In this document: piece by piece, positions 36,105 to 48,599 of the stretch
How positions within the stretch are numbered: position 1 is the first letter of the stretch
Layout of the letters: each line of letters starts with the position of its first letter
Assembly: GCF_902713615.1 (NCBI RefSeq)
Contig: NC_052162.1
Location: forward strand, 19,650,182 to 19,714,181
Origin: Scyliorhinus canicula
Taxonomy: Eukaryota
Direction of reading: 5' to 3'
DNA: 64,000 nucleotides
Translations under genes and position numbers: made by a program
Notes under the pieces: generated by a model
The model's database searches: none
Told to the model about the DNA's origin: nothing
The model's input: only the letters and a program-made list of their open reading frames with translations

Positions 36105-37266
36105 ATGGACATCAGGATCAAGCCAGATCGCTTGCAGCTGGATCCGCACTCGCCAAACGCCAGAAAGGACTTTAATCACTGGCTGGCTTGCTTTGAGGCC
36201 TATATCAACTCAGCGACCCCCGCGCCGACGGAAGCTCAGAGAATCCAGGTTCTCTACTCAAGGTTGAGCTCCAGCGTGTTCCCGCTGATACAGGATGCGC
36301 CGAATTACGCAGACGCCATGGACCTCCTTAAAGAAAACTACGTTCAGAAGACGAACGCTCTATTCGCAAGGCACGTACTCGCCACTCACATACAACTACC
36401 TGGTGAGTCGATTGAAGACTTCTGGCGGGTCCTTATACCTCTCGTACGGGACTGTGACTGTCAGGCCGTCACGGCCACGGAACATTCCAATCTCCTCATG
36501 CGTGATGCATTCATGACGGGTATTGCATCGGACCCCCATCCGGCAACGATTGCTGGAAGGGGCCGCGCTCGACCTAACGGAGACGAAAGCTTTAGCGCTC
36601 TCCATGACGGTCGCTTCTCGTAATGTCCAGTCCTACCCCGCTCGCCGTGTGGCCCACCCATCCTACCCCTCGTGGATCCCGCAACCGACCCCTCCGACTG
36701 GGGCCTGCGCTGCCTGCCACATCGCGCACTCTGGGGGTCCCCACTGCTACTTCTGCGGCCAACAGAAGCACCACCACCAGCGCTGCCCAGCCCGCGCCGC
36801 CACCTGCAAATCCTGCGGCAAGAAGGGCCACTTTGCGATGGTGTGCCAGGCCCGCGCAGCTGCCGCTATCGCGCCCGAATTCGCTCCCTTCCCCCAGCCG
36901 ATCGCACACTGGGCGCCGCCATCTTCTGCTCCTGGGGCCACGTGCGGCCAGTGGGCGCTGCCATCTTGCCCCGCCCCCACAACTGCGCACCATGGGCGCC
37001 GCCATCTTCTCCCCCAGGTCCACGTGCGGCCCGTGGGCGCTGCCATCTTGCCCCGCCCCCGCAATGTGCGCACCATGGGCACCGCCATCTTGCCCCGCGC
37101 CCGCAACGTGCGCTGCATGGGCGCCGCCATCTTCTCCCCCACAGGTCCTTCGGACATCGCCATCGCCGTCATTTTGTCTCCCCCTCGGGACTGGACCGCT
37201 GGACATAGCCAAGCTGGAGTTCCTCATCTGACTCCTCGGACGACCGCCCGCTGCTTGCCTCCATGA
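36105..37266 (+). pseudogene. Gypsy gag (frameshifted) with zinc knuckles and Pro-rich repeats
   Basis: CYFCGQQKH...CPAR...CKSCGKKGHFAMVC. Confidence 0.9.
36905..37140 (+). repeat. Six about 40-bp tandem units, each containing GCCATCTT
   Basis: Visible repeats TGGGC(G/A)C(C/T)GCCATCTT. Confidence 0.9.
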
Positions 37267-40200
37267 TGCTGGACCGGTCCCGTCCTCACAACCTGGCCAC
37301 CGCTTCGACGACGGTGCTAATCAACGGCCACGCGACCCCCTGCCTACGGGACTCCGGGAGCACCGATAGCTTCATCCACCCGGACACGGTAAGGCGCTGC
37401 TCCCTCGCGGTCCATCCCGCCAACCAACGGATCTCCCTGGCCTCCGGATCCCACTCTGTCCCGATCCGAGGTTTCTGTGTGGTCAACCTCACCGTCCAAG
37501 GCGTCAAATTCAGAGGTTTCTGCCTGTACGTTCTCCCCAATCTCTGTACTACACTATTGCTGGGTCTGGATTTTCAATGTAACCTCCAGAGTCTCACCCT
37601 CAAATTCGGCGGGCCCCTACCCCCACTCACCGTTTGCGGCCTCACGGCCCTCAATGTTGACCCTCGCTCCCTCTTTGCCAATCTGACTGTGGATTGCAAG
37701 CCCGTCGCCACCAGAAGCAGATGGTACAGTGCCCAGGACAAGGCCTTCATCAGGTCCGAGGTCGAGCGGCTGCTTCGGGAGGGTATTATCGAGGCCAGCA
37801 ATAGCCCCTGGAGAGCCCAAGTGGTAGTGGTTAAAACTGGGGAGAAACACAGGATGGTCGTGGACTAAAGCCAGACCATCAATCTGTACACGCAGCTCGA
37901 CGCGCACCACCTCCCACGCATATCTGATATGGTCAATCAGATTGCACAGTACCGGGTCTTCTCAACAATTGACCTTAAATCCGCCTACCACCAGCTCCCC
38001 ATCCGCAAATCGGACCGTGCATACACTGCCTTCGAGACGGATGGTCGCCTCTACCAATTTCTTAGTGTTCCCTTCGGCGATACTAACGGGGTCTCAGTAT
38101 TCCAAAGAGAAATGGACCGAATGGTTGACCGGTATGGACTGCGGGCCACGTTTCCGTAACTGGACAACGTCACCATCTGCGGCCATGACCAGCAGGGCCA
38201 TGACCAGCAGGACCACGATGCCAACCTTGCCAAATTCCTCCACACCGCATCTCTTCTCAACCTCACTTACAACAAGGAGAAGTGCGTGTTCAGCACCAAC
38301 CACTTGGCCATCCTCGGCTACGTAGTCCAAAACGGACTCCTGGGGCCCGACCCCGACCGCATGCGCCCCCTCATGGAACTCCCCCTTCCCCACTGCCCCA
38401 AGGCCCTCAAACGCTGCCTTGGGTTCTTCCCCTATTATGCCCAGTGGGTCCCACACTACGCGGACAAGGCCCGCCCACTGATACAGTCCACTCAATTTCC
38501 CCTCACGGCTGAGGCACAACAGGCCTTCGCCCGTATTAGAGCAGACAAAGCCAAGGCCGGGATGCATGCAGTAGATGAGACACTGCCCTTTCAAGTAGAG
38601 AGCGACACTTCAGATGTCACCCTTGCCGCCACTCTAAACCAGGCAGGCAGACCCGTGGCATTCTTTTCCCGCACCCTCCATGCCTCTGAAATTCGGCATT
38701 CGTCCGTTGAAAATGAGGCCCAGGCAATCGTTGAAGCGGTGCGACACTGGAGGCATTATCTGGCCGCAGGAGATTCACTCTCCTCACTGACAAGCGGTCG
38801 GTAGCCTTCATGTTCAACAACACGCAGCGGGGCAAGATCAAAAATAATAAAATCTTGCGGTGGAGAATTGAACTCTCCACCTATAATTACGAGATCTTGT
38901 ATCACCCCGGCAAGCTCAACGAGCCCCCAGACGCCCTCTCTTGAGGTACATGTGCCAGCGCACAAGTAAACCAACTCCGTGCCCTGCATGACAGCCTTTG
39001 TCACCCGGGGGTCACACGGTTGTATCACCTCGTCAAAGCCCGCAATCTGCCCTACTCCGTCGAGGAAGTATGGACAGTCACCAGAGACTGCCAGGTCTGT
39101 GCGGAGTAACGGCGCTGAGGACCCGGGTTCGAATCCCGGCCCTGGGCCACTGTCCGTGTGGAGTTTGCACATTCCCCCCATGTCTGTGTGGATTTCACAC
39201 CCACAACCCAAAGATAGTGCAGCACGGTAGCATGGTGGTTAGCATAAATGCTTCACAGCTCCAGGGTCCCAGGTTCGATTCCTGGCTGGGTCACTGTCTG
39301 TGTGGAGTCTGCACGTCCTCCCTGTGTGTGCGTGGGTTGTGGGTTTCCTCCGGGTGCTCCGGTTTCCTCCCACAGTCCAAAGATGTGCGGGTTAGGTGGA
39401 TTGGCCATGCTAAATTGCCCGTAGTGTCCTAAAAAGTAATGTTAAGGGGTGGGGGTGGGGGTGGGGGGGGGGGGGGGGGTTGGGTTGCGGGTGGATTTGT
39501 GGGTTTGAGTAGGGTGATCATTGCTCGGCACAACATTGAGGGCCGAAGGGCCTGTTCTGTGCTGTACTGTTCTATGTGCAGGATAGGTAGATTGGCCACT
39601 CTAAATTGCCCCTTAATTGGAAAAAATGAATTGGGTACTCTAAATTTTAAAAAAAAAGGTCTGTGCGGAGTGCAAGCCGCACTTCTACCGGCCAGACCGC
39701 GCGCGCCTGGTGAAAGCGTCCCGCCCCTTTGAACGCCTCAGCGTGGATTTCAAAGGGCCCCTCCCCTCCACCGACCGCAACACATATATCCTTAGTGTGG
39801 TCGATGAATTCTCCAGGTTTCCCTTCGCCATCCCATGCCCGGATATGATGTCTGCCATCGACATCAAGGCCCTCAACTCCATATTCGCTCTGTTCGGTTT
39901 CCCCGACTACATCCACAGCGACAGGGGTTCCTCATCCATGAGCGATGAGCTGCGTCAGTTCCTGCTCAGCAGGGGTATCGCCTCCAGCAGGATGACCAGC
40001 TACAACCCCCGGGGAAACGGGCAGGTAGAGAGGGAGAACGGGATGGCCCTACGGTCCAGAAACCTCCCAGCCGCTCGCTGGCAGCAGGTCCTCCCGGATG
40101 CACTGCACTCCATCCGGTCTCTACTGTGCATTGCCACAAATAACACACCCCATGAACGTGTTTTTACCTTCCCTAGGAAGTCCACATCCGGGGTGTCGCT

Positions 40201-40651
40201 CCCGACTTGGCTCGCAGCTCCAGGACCGGTTCTACTGCGTAGGCATGTCCAACTCCACAAGGTGGACCCCTTGGTGGACAGGGTACGCCTGCTCCACGCC
40301 AACCTCCAGTATGCCTACGTGGAGTTCCCCGACAGCCGCCAGGATACAGTCTCACTCAGGGACCTGGCTCCCTCGGGTGCCACTCCCGCTCCCACACACT
40401 TCCCCGCCCATGCGCCACCCTTCCCCCCGGCGCTCCCAGCATCAGCCCCACCAGGTCCATCCCTCCTTACCCCGCCCACGCTAGAGGACGAGGAAGCTTT
40501 TGGCACGCTCCCGGAGTCATCCAACTACTGGCCAGCACCAACACCGCCAGCACCAACATCGTCGGCGCCGACACAGCCAGTGCCGACATCGCCACCACCG
40601 CTACGTCGCTTCCAGCGAACCGTCAGACCACTGGACAGACTTAACCTCTGA
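37263..40651 (+). pseudogene. Gypsy pol (protease DSG, RT, RNase H, integrase) with stops and a SINE insertion
   Basis: RDSGS; SPWRAQVVVV; FSTIDLKSAYHQL; P*LDNV; ESDTS...E; SVDFKGP...HSDRG...NGQVERENG. Confidence 0.95.
39108..39656 (+). mobile_element. Poly(A)-tailed V-SINE with a nested HE1-like SINE (about 39219-39576)
   Basis: 15-bp TSD AGGTCTGTGCGGAGT (39093-39107 and 39657-39671); tail shared with 57201-57425. Confidence 0.9.
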
Positions 40652-41045
40652 CGGGCACCGTATTACAAGATGGACACATATATTTTTTTTCTCTCCCCTC
40701 TGTAAATAATTCACAATTCTGTATATAGTTCCACGCCACCCCCGCTAGACTCATTTTTAACAGGGGATGAATGTGGTGATCCACTGTGTAGTTGTGTGTG
40801 TGCCTGTATTAGGGGATGTACAGTAGTACCTATACTACAGGTTCACCGGTAGCCCCTGCCGGCTAGCTCTGCACACAAGGAGCCGTATAAATATGCATGA
40901 GTTCTCCTGATCAGCCATTCTACCAGCTGCAGTCGGAGGACAAACATCTAACTGTAATAAAGCCTCTATTGTACCAATTCGAGTCTTTAGTGCGATTGAT
41001 AGCGCATCAGTCATCCTCACCAACCTGCCTGCCGCAGATACATCT

Positions 41046-42217
41046 GTCCTTTTGGATTTGTTTATTGTCACATGTACTGAGGTACAGTGAAAAGTATTTT
41101 TCTGCGAGCAGCTCATATAGATCATTAAGTACATGAAAATAAAATAAAATAAAAAGAAAATACAGAACAGGGGAACGCAAGGTCCACGATGTAAATACAT
41201 AGACACCGGCATCAGGTGAAGCATACAGGAGTGTAGTATTAATCAGTCCATAAGAGGGTCGTTTAAGAGTCTGGTAACACCGGGGAAGAAGCTGTTTTTG
41301 AGTCTGTTCGTGTGTGTTCTCAGACTTTTGTATCTCCTGCCCGGTGGAAGAAGTTGGAAGAGTGAGTAAGCTGGGTGGGAGGGGTCTTTGATTGCGCTGC
41401 CCGCTTTCCCCAGGCAGCGGGAGGTGTAGATGGAGTCAATGGATGAGAGGCAGGTTCGTGTGATGGACTGGGCTGTGTTCACGACTCTCTGAAGTTTCTT
41501 GCAATCTTGGGCCGAGAAGTTGCCATACCAGGCTGATGCAGCCAGATAAGGGACGGGATTCTCCAAGCCCACGCCGGGTTGGAGAATCGCTGGGGGCACG
41601 GGAAATTCCCGCCACGCCGCTCCTACGACGGGCCCCCGATTCTCTGGCGACCGGTGAACCTGCGGCAATCGTGCCCGCACGGTTCCACTGCGCTGGTCGG
41701 GGGCCGCTGAAATAGGCCCCCGCGGTGATTCTCTGCAGGCAACGGGCCAAACTCCCGCCAAGTTCCGCCGAGTCCCGCAAGCACGGTTCTAACCTCGTAC
41801 CACCCGGTGGGAGCTCGGACCCGAGGCTGCTCTGGATGTCCTGGTGGGGGGGACGGGTGATCTGATTCTGGAGGGGAGGGCCTCCACGGGGTCCAGGCTG
41901 GGAGGCTGCGATCTAGAGGGGGGCCTACCTCCTTCCACGTGGCCCGCTGTAAAGCTGGCATGGAGACGGCAACCACACGCATGGGCCAGCGCGGATACGG
42001 CCGTCGCACGCATGCGCAGATCCGCGTCGGCCGTGCGGGGCCGCCATCCGGCGCTGGAGCAGCTCTCCACCAATGTGCTAGCCCCCCTGAACAGCGGTAA
42101 ATTGCTGGCCCAGGAGGCCCGTTGACACCGGCGTACACCACTCCAGTGTTTGCGCGAGTGTCAACACTTGGCCGGGATTTCGGAGAATCACGGCCAAGAT
42201 ACTTTCTATGGTGCATC
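41046..42217 (-). mobile_element. Rex1/Babar LINE 3' fragment
   Basis: RCTIESILSGC..AWYGNFSAQDCKKLQRVV...KDPSHP...LPPGRRY...RLKNSFFP; tail CTTTTCACTGTACCTCAGTACATGTGACAATAAA. Confidence 0.9.
41551..42195. mobile_element. Harbinger MITE inside Rex1
   Basis: TIRs GGACGGGATTCTCC / GGAGAATCACGGCC; AAG TSD. Confidence 0.9.
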
Positions 42218-43054
42218 TTGTTGGCTGGGATGGTGTGAGTGGGGAGTGAAGTGGATAAATGTGGCTGCAACTTGTCAGTCGCCTGAGTGTGAATCACGGA
42301 CCCGTCGACTCCGACACTGTTTCTTATTGGAGTTGATTGTTCTCCACGTGGCACTGATGCTAGCTCCTTAACAGTGGCAGAATCGGTCCAGGTTTGCTGT
42401 CGTGAAAGTCCAAGAATTCTGCATTGGCCTCCATACTTTCGTCAGGATTCTCCATTGCCCGATGCCAAAATTGCATTCAGTGATCGGGCGGAGAATCCCC
42501 GTTTGCTGCCAAATCAGGGCCGGCGCTGTTTTTCGGATGCTCTGCCCTCTTCAAATCAGTGTCACCTTTAAGCGCCCTCCCTCAATGCTCCGCCCCCGAT
42601 GGGCGGGGTTCCTGACCGCGTGGGTCGTGTGTGGTCTGGGTTTTCGTAAACCCGGCGTGGCGGTTGAAGACTGTGTCCAGCACCGCCAGAGTCAGATGGG
42701 AGCCGTGCTGCTGGCAGGGGGTGCTTCGGCGGGGCCTGAGGGGGTGGGGGCTGGCCAGCGGATGGCGAGGGAGGGGCCAGTGGGAAACTATTTGGCTGGC
42801 CTGGTCCATGAGCGGCCGGCGCCATGTCGTACGTGCGCATGCACAGCCATGGACCCAGCAATTCTCCGCCCATTTTTGTCGGGAACACCGGGAGTTTCAC
42901 GTGGTGCAGCTGCAAGCCCCCCCCCCCCCACTGGGCAGAGCATCGGTGCAGGGGCGGCGCTGACTTTTTCATTGTAAAACTAGACACTTCCTCCAGGCAC
43001 AGCCTCATAATTGGAGAATCCAGCCCTTCGTCTCAGTAACGGAGAAACCCACCA
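42218..43054. mobile_element. Harbinger right end containing a nested MITE (42441-43026, TTC TSD)
   Basis: Host matches 53820-54078; nested copy resembles 11185-11817. Confidence 0.82.
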
Positions 43055-43059
43055 CTAGT

Positions 43060-43935
43060 TATTAAGAGAAATTGGATAGATTTGGATTGTTTTCCTTGGA
43101 GCAGAGACGACTGAGGGGGGACATGATTGAGATATGTGAAATTATGAGGGGCAAAGATAGAAACAACCACCTAACTATTCTAATCCCATTTTGCAGCACT
43201 TGGCTCAGAGCCTTGGCATCGTAAGTGCACATTTAAATACTAAGATATAGATATAGAATTTACAGTGCAGAAGGAGGCCATTCGGCCCATCGAGTCTGCA
43301 CCAAAGGAAGAAGGGTCTTCCCTTGGTCGAAGGGTCAATGACCAGGGGGCATCGGTTAAGGTAAGGGGCAGGATGTTTAGGGTGGGATTTGAGGAAAATC
43401 TTTTTACGCAGTGGGTGGTAAGAATTTGGAACTGGCTGAAAGGAACTGAAAGGGTGGTGGAGGCAGAGAGCCTCATAACATTTAAATAGGGCAGCACGGT
43501 AGCACGGTTTTTGGCACTGTTGCTTTACAGCTCCAGGGTCCCAGGTTCGATTCCCAGCTCAGGTCACTGTCTGTGCAGAGTCTGCACGTTCTCCCTGTGT
43601 GCTCTGGTTTCCTTCCACAGTTCAAAGATCTGCAGGTTAAGTGAATTAACCATGCTAAATAGCCCTTAGTGTTCAAAGGGATTGGGTGGGGTTATGGGTA
43701 TGGGGTGAGGGTGTGGGCTTCAGTAGGGTGCTCTTTCCAAGGGCTGGTGCAGACGCGATGGGCCGAATGGCCTCCTTCTGCACTGTAAATTCTATATCTA
43801 TATCTAAGTATTTAAATGTGCACTTACGATGCCAAGGCTCTGGGCCAAGTGCTGCAAAATGGGATTAGAATAGTTAGGTGGTTGTTTTTGGATGGCACAG
43901 TCAAACTGGACCAAACGGCCTTTTCTGTGCTGTCG
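43060..43935 (+). mobile_element. CR1 3' fragment with SINE (43488-43805) and an inverted duplication (43161-43303)
   Basis: LDRFGLFSLEQRRLRGDMIE, FTQWVVRIWN, CR1 tail. Confidence 0.88.
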
Positions 43936-43999
43936 GACTTGTTAAAGTACTCTTTGGTAATATATCATTATTCTTTGCTTCATAATCCAGAATGGGTTG

Positions 44000-44345
44000 A
44001 TGGTGTGATCCTGAAGAAACCACCAATCTTTAACTTAAAGTCAAACTGATTTACTGAATAACAGTTAATATTGAGTTCGCACTCTACAGAACCATAACTA
44101 GTAATCAAGTAATCTGTATTAAAGTAATAACTAATTTAAACTACATGCGCTGCTTCTATCTATTATTACGTGTGGTGTGATCTATCTCTCTTACAGTCTA
44201 CTGTCTAGAAACTCCTGATTAGAGGAAGTACCTAAGATCCTCTGAGTTCTCATATTTATAGTGGGAACAAGTGCTGCCCTCTAGTGGTTGCGTTACCCTG
44301 AGATATAATAACGAACCCTTTACTTGTCTACATATATACATATCA
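44000..44345 (-). repeat. Probable solo LTR
   Basis: Minus strand starts TGATATG, then CCACTAGAGGGCAGC, TATAAAT and AGTAAA; left boundary uncertain. Confidence 0.5.
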
Positions 44346-44369
44346 TTGCAAGATTTTATGATTAGGAGA

Positions 44370-45025
44370 TAATTATACCATTGCCCCTTGACATTCAATG
44401 GCATTACCACCACTGAATCTCCCACAATCAACACCCTGGGGGTTACTATTGATCACAAACTGAACTGGACTAGCCATATTAATACTGTGGCTACAAGAGC
44501 AGGTCAGGGTCTAAGAATCCTGCTGCGAGTAACACACCTCCTGACTCCCCAAAGCCTGTCTACTACCTACTAGTCAGGAGCTTGATGGAAAACTTCTCAC
44601 TTTCCTGGATGGGCGCAGCTCCAACAAGAAGCTCGACACCATCCAGGTCAAAGCAGCCCGTTTGATTGGCACCCCTTCCACAAACATTCACTCCCTCCAC
44701 CACCGACACATAGTGACAGCCGTGTGTACCATCTACAAGATGCACTGCAGTAACTCATCAAAGCTCCTGGGGCAGCACCTTCTAAACCCACGACCACTAC
44801 TATCCAGAAGGTCAAGAACAGCAGATACATGGGAACACCACCACTTGGAAGTTCCCCTCCAAGCCACCCACCATCCTGATTTGGAAATACATCGCCGTTC
44901 CTGGGTCAAAATCCTGGAACTCCCTCCCTAACAGCACAGTGGACTGCTGCAGTTTAAGAAGGAAGCTCACCACCACTTTCTCAAGGGTAATTAGGGATTG
45001 GCAACTAATGCTGGCCTAGCCAAAG
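44370..45025 (+). mobile_element. CR1/L2-superclade LINE 3' fragment (different family)
   Basis: INTLGVTIDHKLNWTSHIN...SLHHRHIVTAVCTIYKMHC; a related decayed tail lies at 55455-55680 (-). Confidence 0.8.
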
Positions 45026-45364
45026 AAACCTTGTTGTTGTCTGCTGTGCTCTGCATAATCTAACTCGCTCAAGGGGGACGCACTGGAGGATGAAAACAGC
45101 GATGCTGCTCCACAGGCCTCACAGGACGACACAAGTGATAGTTTTAAGGAGGGGCCAAAGGAGCCCCTGGGTGACTAGATGGATGCTGAAGTATGGAACC
45201 TTATAGGAGGCATGGAGCGAGGGAGGTCTTAATTCTCATGTTCTTTCAGCTAGGCATCCAAGGCATGGCTTGAAATTGAGGGCATGGGTGCTGCTACCTT
45301 TCTGATGATTTCTGTTGAGGTCACCCTGTCTCACCTATGTCAAGTTACAACCACTGAAGTAATA

Positions 45365-45705
45365 GGGGCCTCACGGTAGCATGGTGGTTAGCATCAATGC
45401 TTCACAGCTCCAGGGTCCCAGGTTCGATTCCCGGCTGGGTCACTGTCTGTGTGGAGTCTGCACGTTCTCCCCGTGTGTGCGTGGGTTTCCTCCGGGTGCT
45501 CCGGTTTCCTCCCACAGTCCAAAGATGTGCGGGTTAGGTGGATTGGCCATGCTAAATTGCCCGTAGTGTAAGGTTAATGGGGGGATTGTTGGGTTACGGG
45601 TATACGGGTTACGTGGGTTTAAAGTGGGGTGATCATTGTTCGGCACAACATCGAGGGCCGAAGGGCCTGTTCTGTGCTGTACTGTTCTATGTTCTATGTT
45701 CTAAT
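45365..45705 (+). mobile_element. HE1-like V-SINE
   Basis: Head, core, (TTCTATG)n tail. Confidence 0.92.
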
Positions 45706-45765
45706 GTTTACAGCCCTTCCCCTATGTCACATGCTATTCCCAAGCCTATCACCTCTGAAAAACAT

Positions 45766-46110
45766 GGGCGGGATTCTGCGGGAACCAGCGGGGCGGGCAA
45801 CTCCGGCGCGAAGGAGTTGTGTGGTTATGTGGGTTATGGGGTTAGGGTAGAAATGTGGCCTTAAGTAGGGTGCTCTTTCCAAGAGCTGGTGCAGACCCGA
45901 ATGGCCTCCTTCTGCACTGTAAATTCTATGATTCTATTCTATGATTCTATGAAGGTACGGAATCCTCCGCACCTTCAGGGGCTAGGCCGGCGCCGAATTG
46001 GTTTGTGCCACATCGGCCGGCGTGGAAGGGGCTTAGCACCATGCCAACCGGCGCCAAAGGGCCTCCGCCGGCCGGCGTAAGTTGGCACATGCACGGGAGT
46101 GCCAGCGTGT
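45766..46110. mobile_element. Harbinger MITE end with an inserted SINE tail (about 45815-45951)
   Basis: TIR GGGCGGGATTCT; tail ATTCTATG repeats. Confidence 0.7.
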
Positions 46111-46812
46111 GTTCCAGCACAATGTTCGGGCACTCCTCAGTCATTGTGTTCTCATCAGATGTGATAGTTACTAGCAGCTGCCTCCATCCAGAGAGTCCTG
46201 AGAGGTGCCCCCAGATGTGACATACAGTTCGTCGTCCAACATGAGGTTTGTGCCAACCTCCATGCTCACCACTGATGGACGTGTACCTGCCAGAGAGACT
46301 CATCCACCTCCCACAGTCAGTGGATGGGCTTGCATGTTCAACTGCAACAACAGGAAGCCCTGATACAATCACTGAAGCTGTCTCTCCAGGAGAATCGCCA
46401 CTCTCAAAGGAGGAAGATGTGTGTTGGAGCTGTGGGTCAATGCAATGCTTAAGCTCTGCATGGGCTCCCCCAAGGCAGAGACCATGGCTGCGGACCCTCA
46501 GTGATCTCTGCCAGATCTTCCTGCACATGGACACCCAGCATCTTACACCTGATGGGATGTCTCCAGAGCTTTGTCATTTGTCTCGGACTTACATGGTCCT
46601 GTTCTCCGGTATGCCAACCCAGTACTCACCGTTGTGGGGGGCAGGTCAATCAACCTTTTCCAGCACTGGATCCATGTGCAGCACACGTCATCATGCTCAC
46701 TCACATGGGCAGCCACCTACATCCATGCTTCTTGCTTTGGGTGAGGTGGCTTCCTCCTTCCATCCGTGGGTTTAACAACTCCCATCAGACACTCACTGCC
46801 TCCAGCACAGTG

Positions 46813-46960
46813 TAATAATAATAATGATCTTTATTAGTGTCACACATAGGCTTACATTAACACTTCACTGAAGTTACTGTGAAAAGCCCCTAGTCGCAAC
46901 ATTCCGGCGTCTGTTCGGGTACTGAAGGAGAATTCAGAATGTCCAATTTACCTAACAGCG
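46813..46960 (-). mobile_element. SINE 3' fragment, Rex1-like tail
   Basis: Matches 449-590. Confidence 0.85.
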
Positions 46961-48599
46961 TAAGAAAAGTGGGGGCAGGGTTCAACCAGCATTGGCCTCC
47001 CACCTGGCGTGGGCGGCAGCTCCTGGGGCCATAATTGCTGCCAAGCATTATTCCTTAGATTCAATGGCACACGGCTCCCAGAGGCTCCTCAGCAACTCTT
47101 GGCAGCATCAGTGAGCTGCCTCTCCAATTTTAAAGCTCCCTCCATGACCCTATTAGACCCGGCACCCACCATGCTCCCGCCTGCAATGCTGAGGCACTGT
47201 CAGCAGACGTTTCATGCTGGCTGCCATTAATGGGCAGCCAGCGTGAAATCAGGCTTGACTGTGACCACGGATAATGAGGCAGAGTGCAACCAGAAAATCT
47301 CTCATTTTGGGCAAATTTGGAGGGTGTATTTAGCCAGTTTTTTTGGTGAGATCCACACCACTAGTCGATCACTTTTTGGGCCCAGATCTCTAAGTGAGTT
47401 TGAGGGTCTCTCATACCCTGCACTCATGGGCAATGTCCTCCCCCCTCACATGTGGGCATTGCCCCACACACCCCCAAGTGAGGACATCCTGCTATGGGGT
47501 CGCTGAGGGTCCCCCACCCCCTTTCCAGGCCTCCTGACCCTCCCTTTCGGGCCCCCTCCTTTCTGGACCCCCCACCCAACCTTTATGATGTCCCTTCAAA
47601 TCTACCCTTCACTCCCAAACCCTTAATAACCCTCCCCATACCCCCTTAATGAACATGGCCTTCTCAGGGCAGACCCTTAGCGGTGCCACCCTGGCAGTGC
47701 CACTAAGGCACCTTGACAATGCCGTCCAGGCACCTTGCTAGTGTCCGGGTGCCAGAGGGAGAGCCAGGGTGCCACCCTGCCCCATCCCCGAACACTCCAA
47801 TGGTTTGGGAAACCGCTAGGTGCCGTTACACATGGTCCATGTTTGTATGGACCAGCACTAAGGGGTGCCCAGTCAAGACCACAATGGGGAGGCCGTTAGT
47901 TCCCGAGTGCCGGGTGAATCCAGTGCAACCATATTTAATTGAGCCTAACTAATGGCCCATTTAAATATGCTGATCTGAATCCTGCCTCTTTAGACACAAA
48001 GGCACATCAGTCATAGCCCTAAAACACAGTCTAAAGCACAAGTATATAAAGGCACATGGCTTCTTCTTCAAATGCAATTTCCAACAACTTGGCATTCCAT
48101 TTGGGCTCCAAAACTACTACCAGGAGCTTATTATAAAATAAAACTGTCTGAAACATTAAATGTTAATGTGGCGAAAATAAACAGGAATTAATTGCAATAT
48201 AGTAGGAATGGTAGAATTTGATTCTTTTTCTGAACAATTCTTATTCAGAGGGGAAATGGGCTCAAATGTTATTTCCTCCCCGGCCAGGGTATTGAATGCG
48301 ACATTGCTGGCACAGCAGTCACCAGGATGCAAAGGAACATGCTCTCACCTGCAGCTCCAATGTCCGCAAAGGACGTTGCCTTCTTCCCAGACTGATTTCA
48401 ACCAATGGGGAAGCACCTTGTGTGGATTTCTTCTGCAGCAGCCACCAATCCGATGCCAGTGTTCTTTTAAGTGGGTGGTTGTGACCATCTTCTGATTCAG
48501 AGCCTAACCCCTCTCTCACTGGGCATCCTGCCCAAGATGCCCGATTAGGCGGGGTGCCTCCTTCACGATGCTGGGTGGCTGCCTTCCTGCTGGGTGGCT

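Larger units (their letters stand above)
35840..41009 (+). mobile_element. Full-length Gypsy LTR retrotransposon (inactivated)
   Basis: 238-bp LTRs at 35840-36077 and 40772-41009 (7 mismatches counted), GTCAT TSD, PPT AACAGGGGATGAA, gag-PR-RT-RH-IN order. Confidence 0.97.

Noticed and set aside
36905-37140. CRISPR-like repeat-spacer array
   Set aside because: Units are homologous throughout, inside eukaryotic gag, and no cas genes are present
39093-39107. SINE target site resembling the SINE's own GTCTGTGCGGAGT
   Set aside because: The sequence encodes integrase CQVCAEC; single case, likely coincidence
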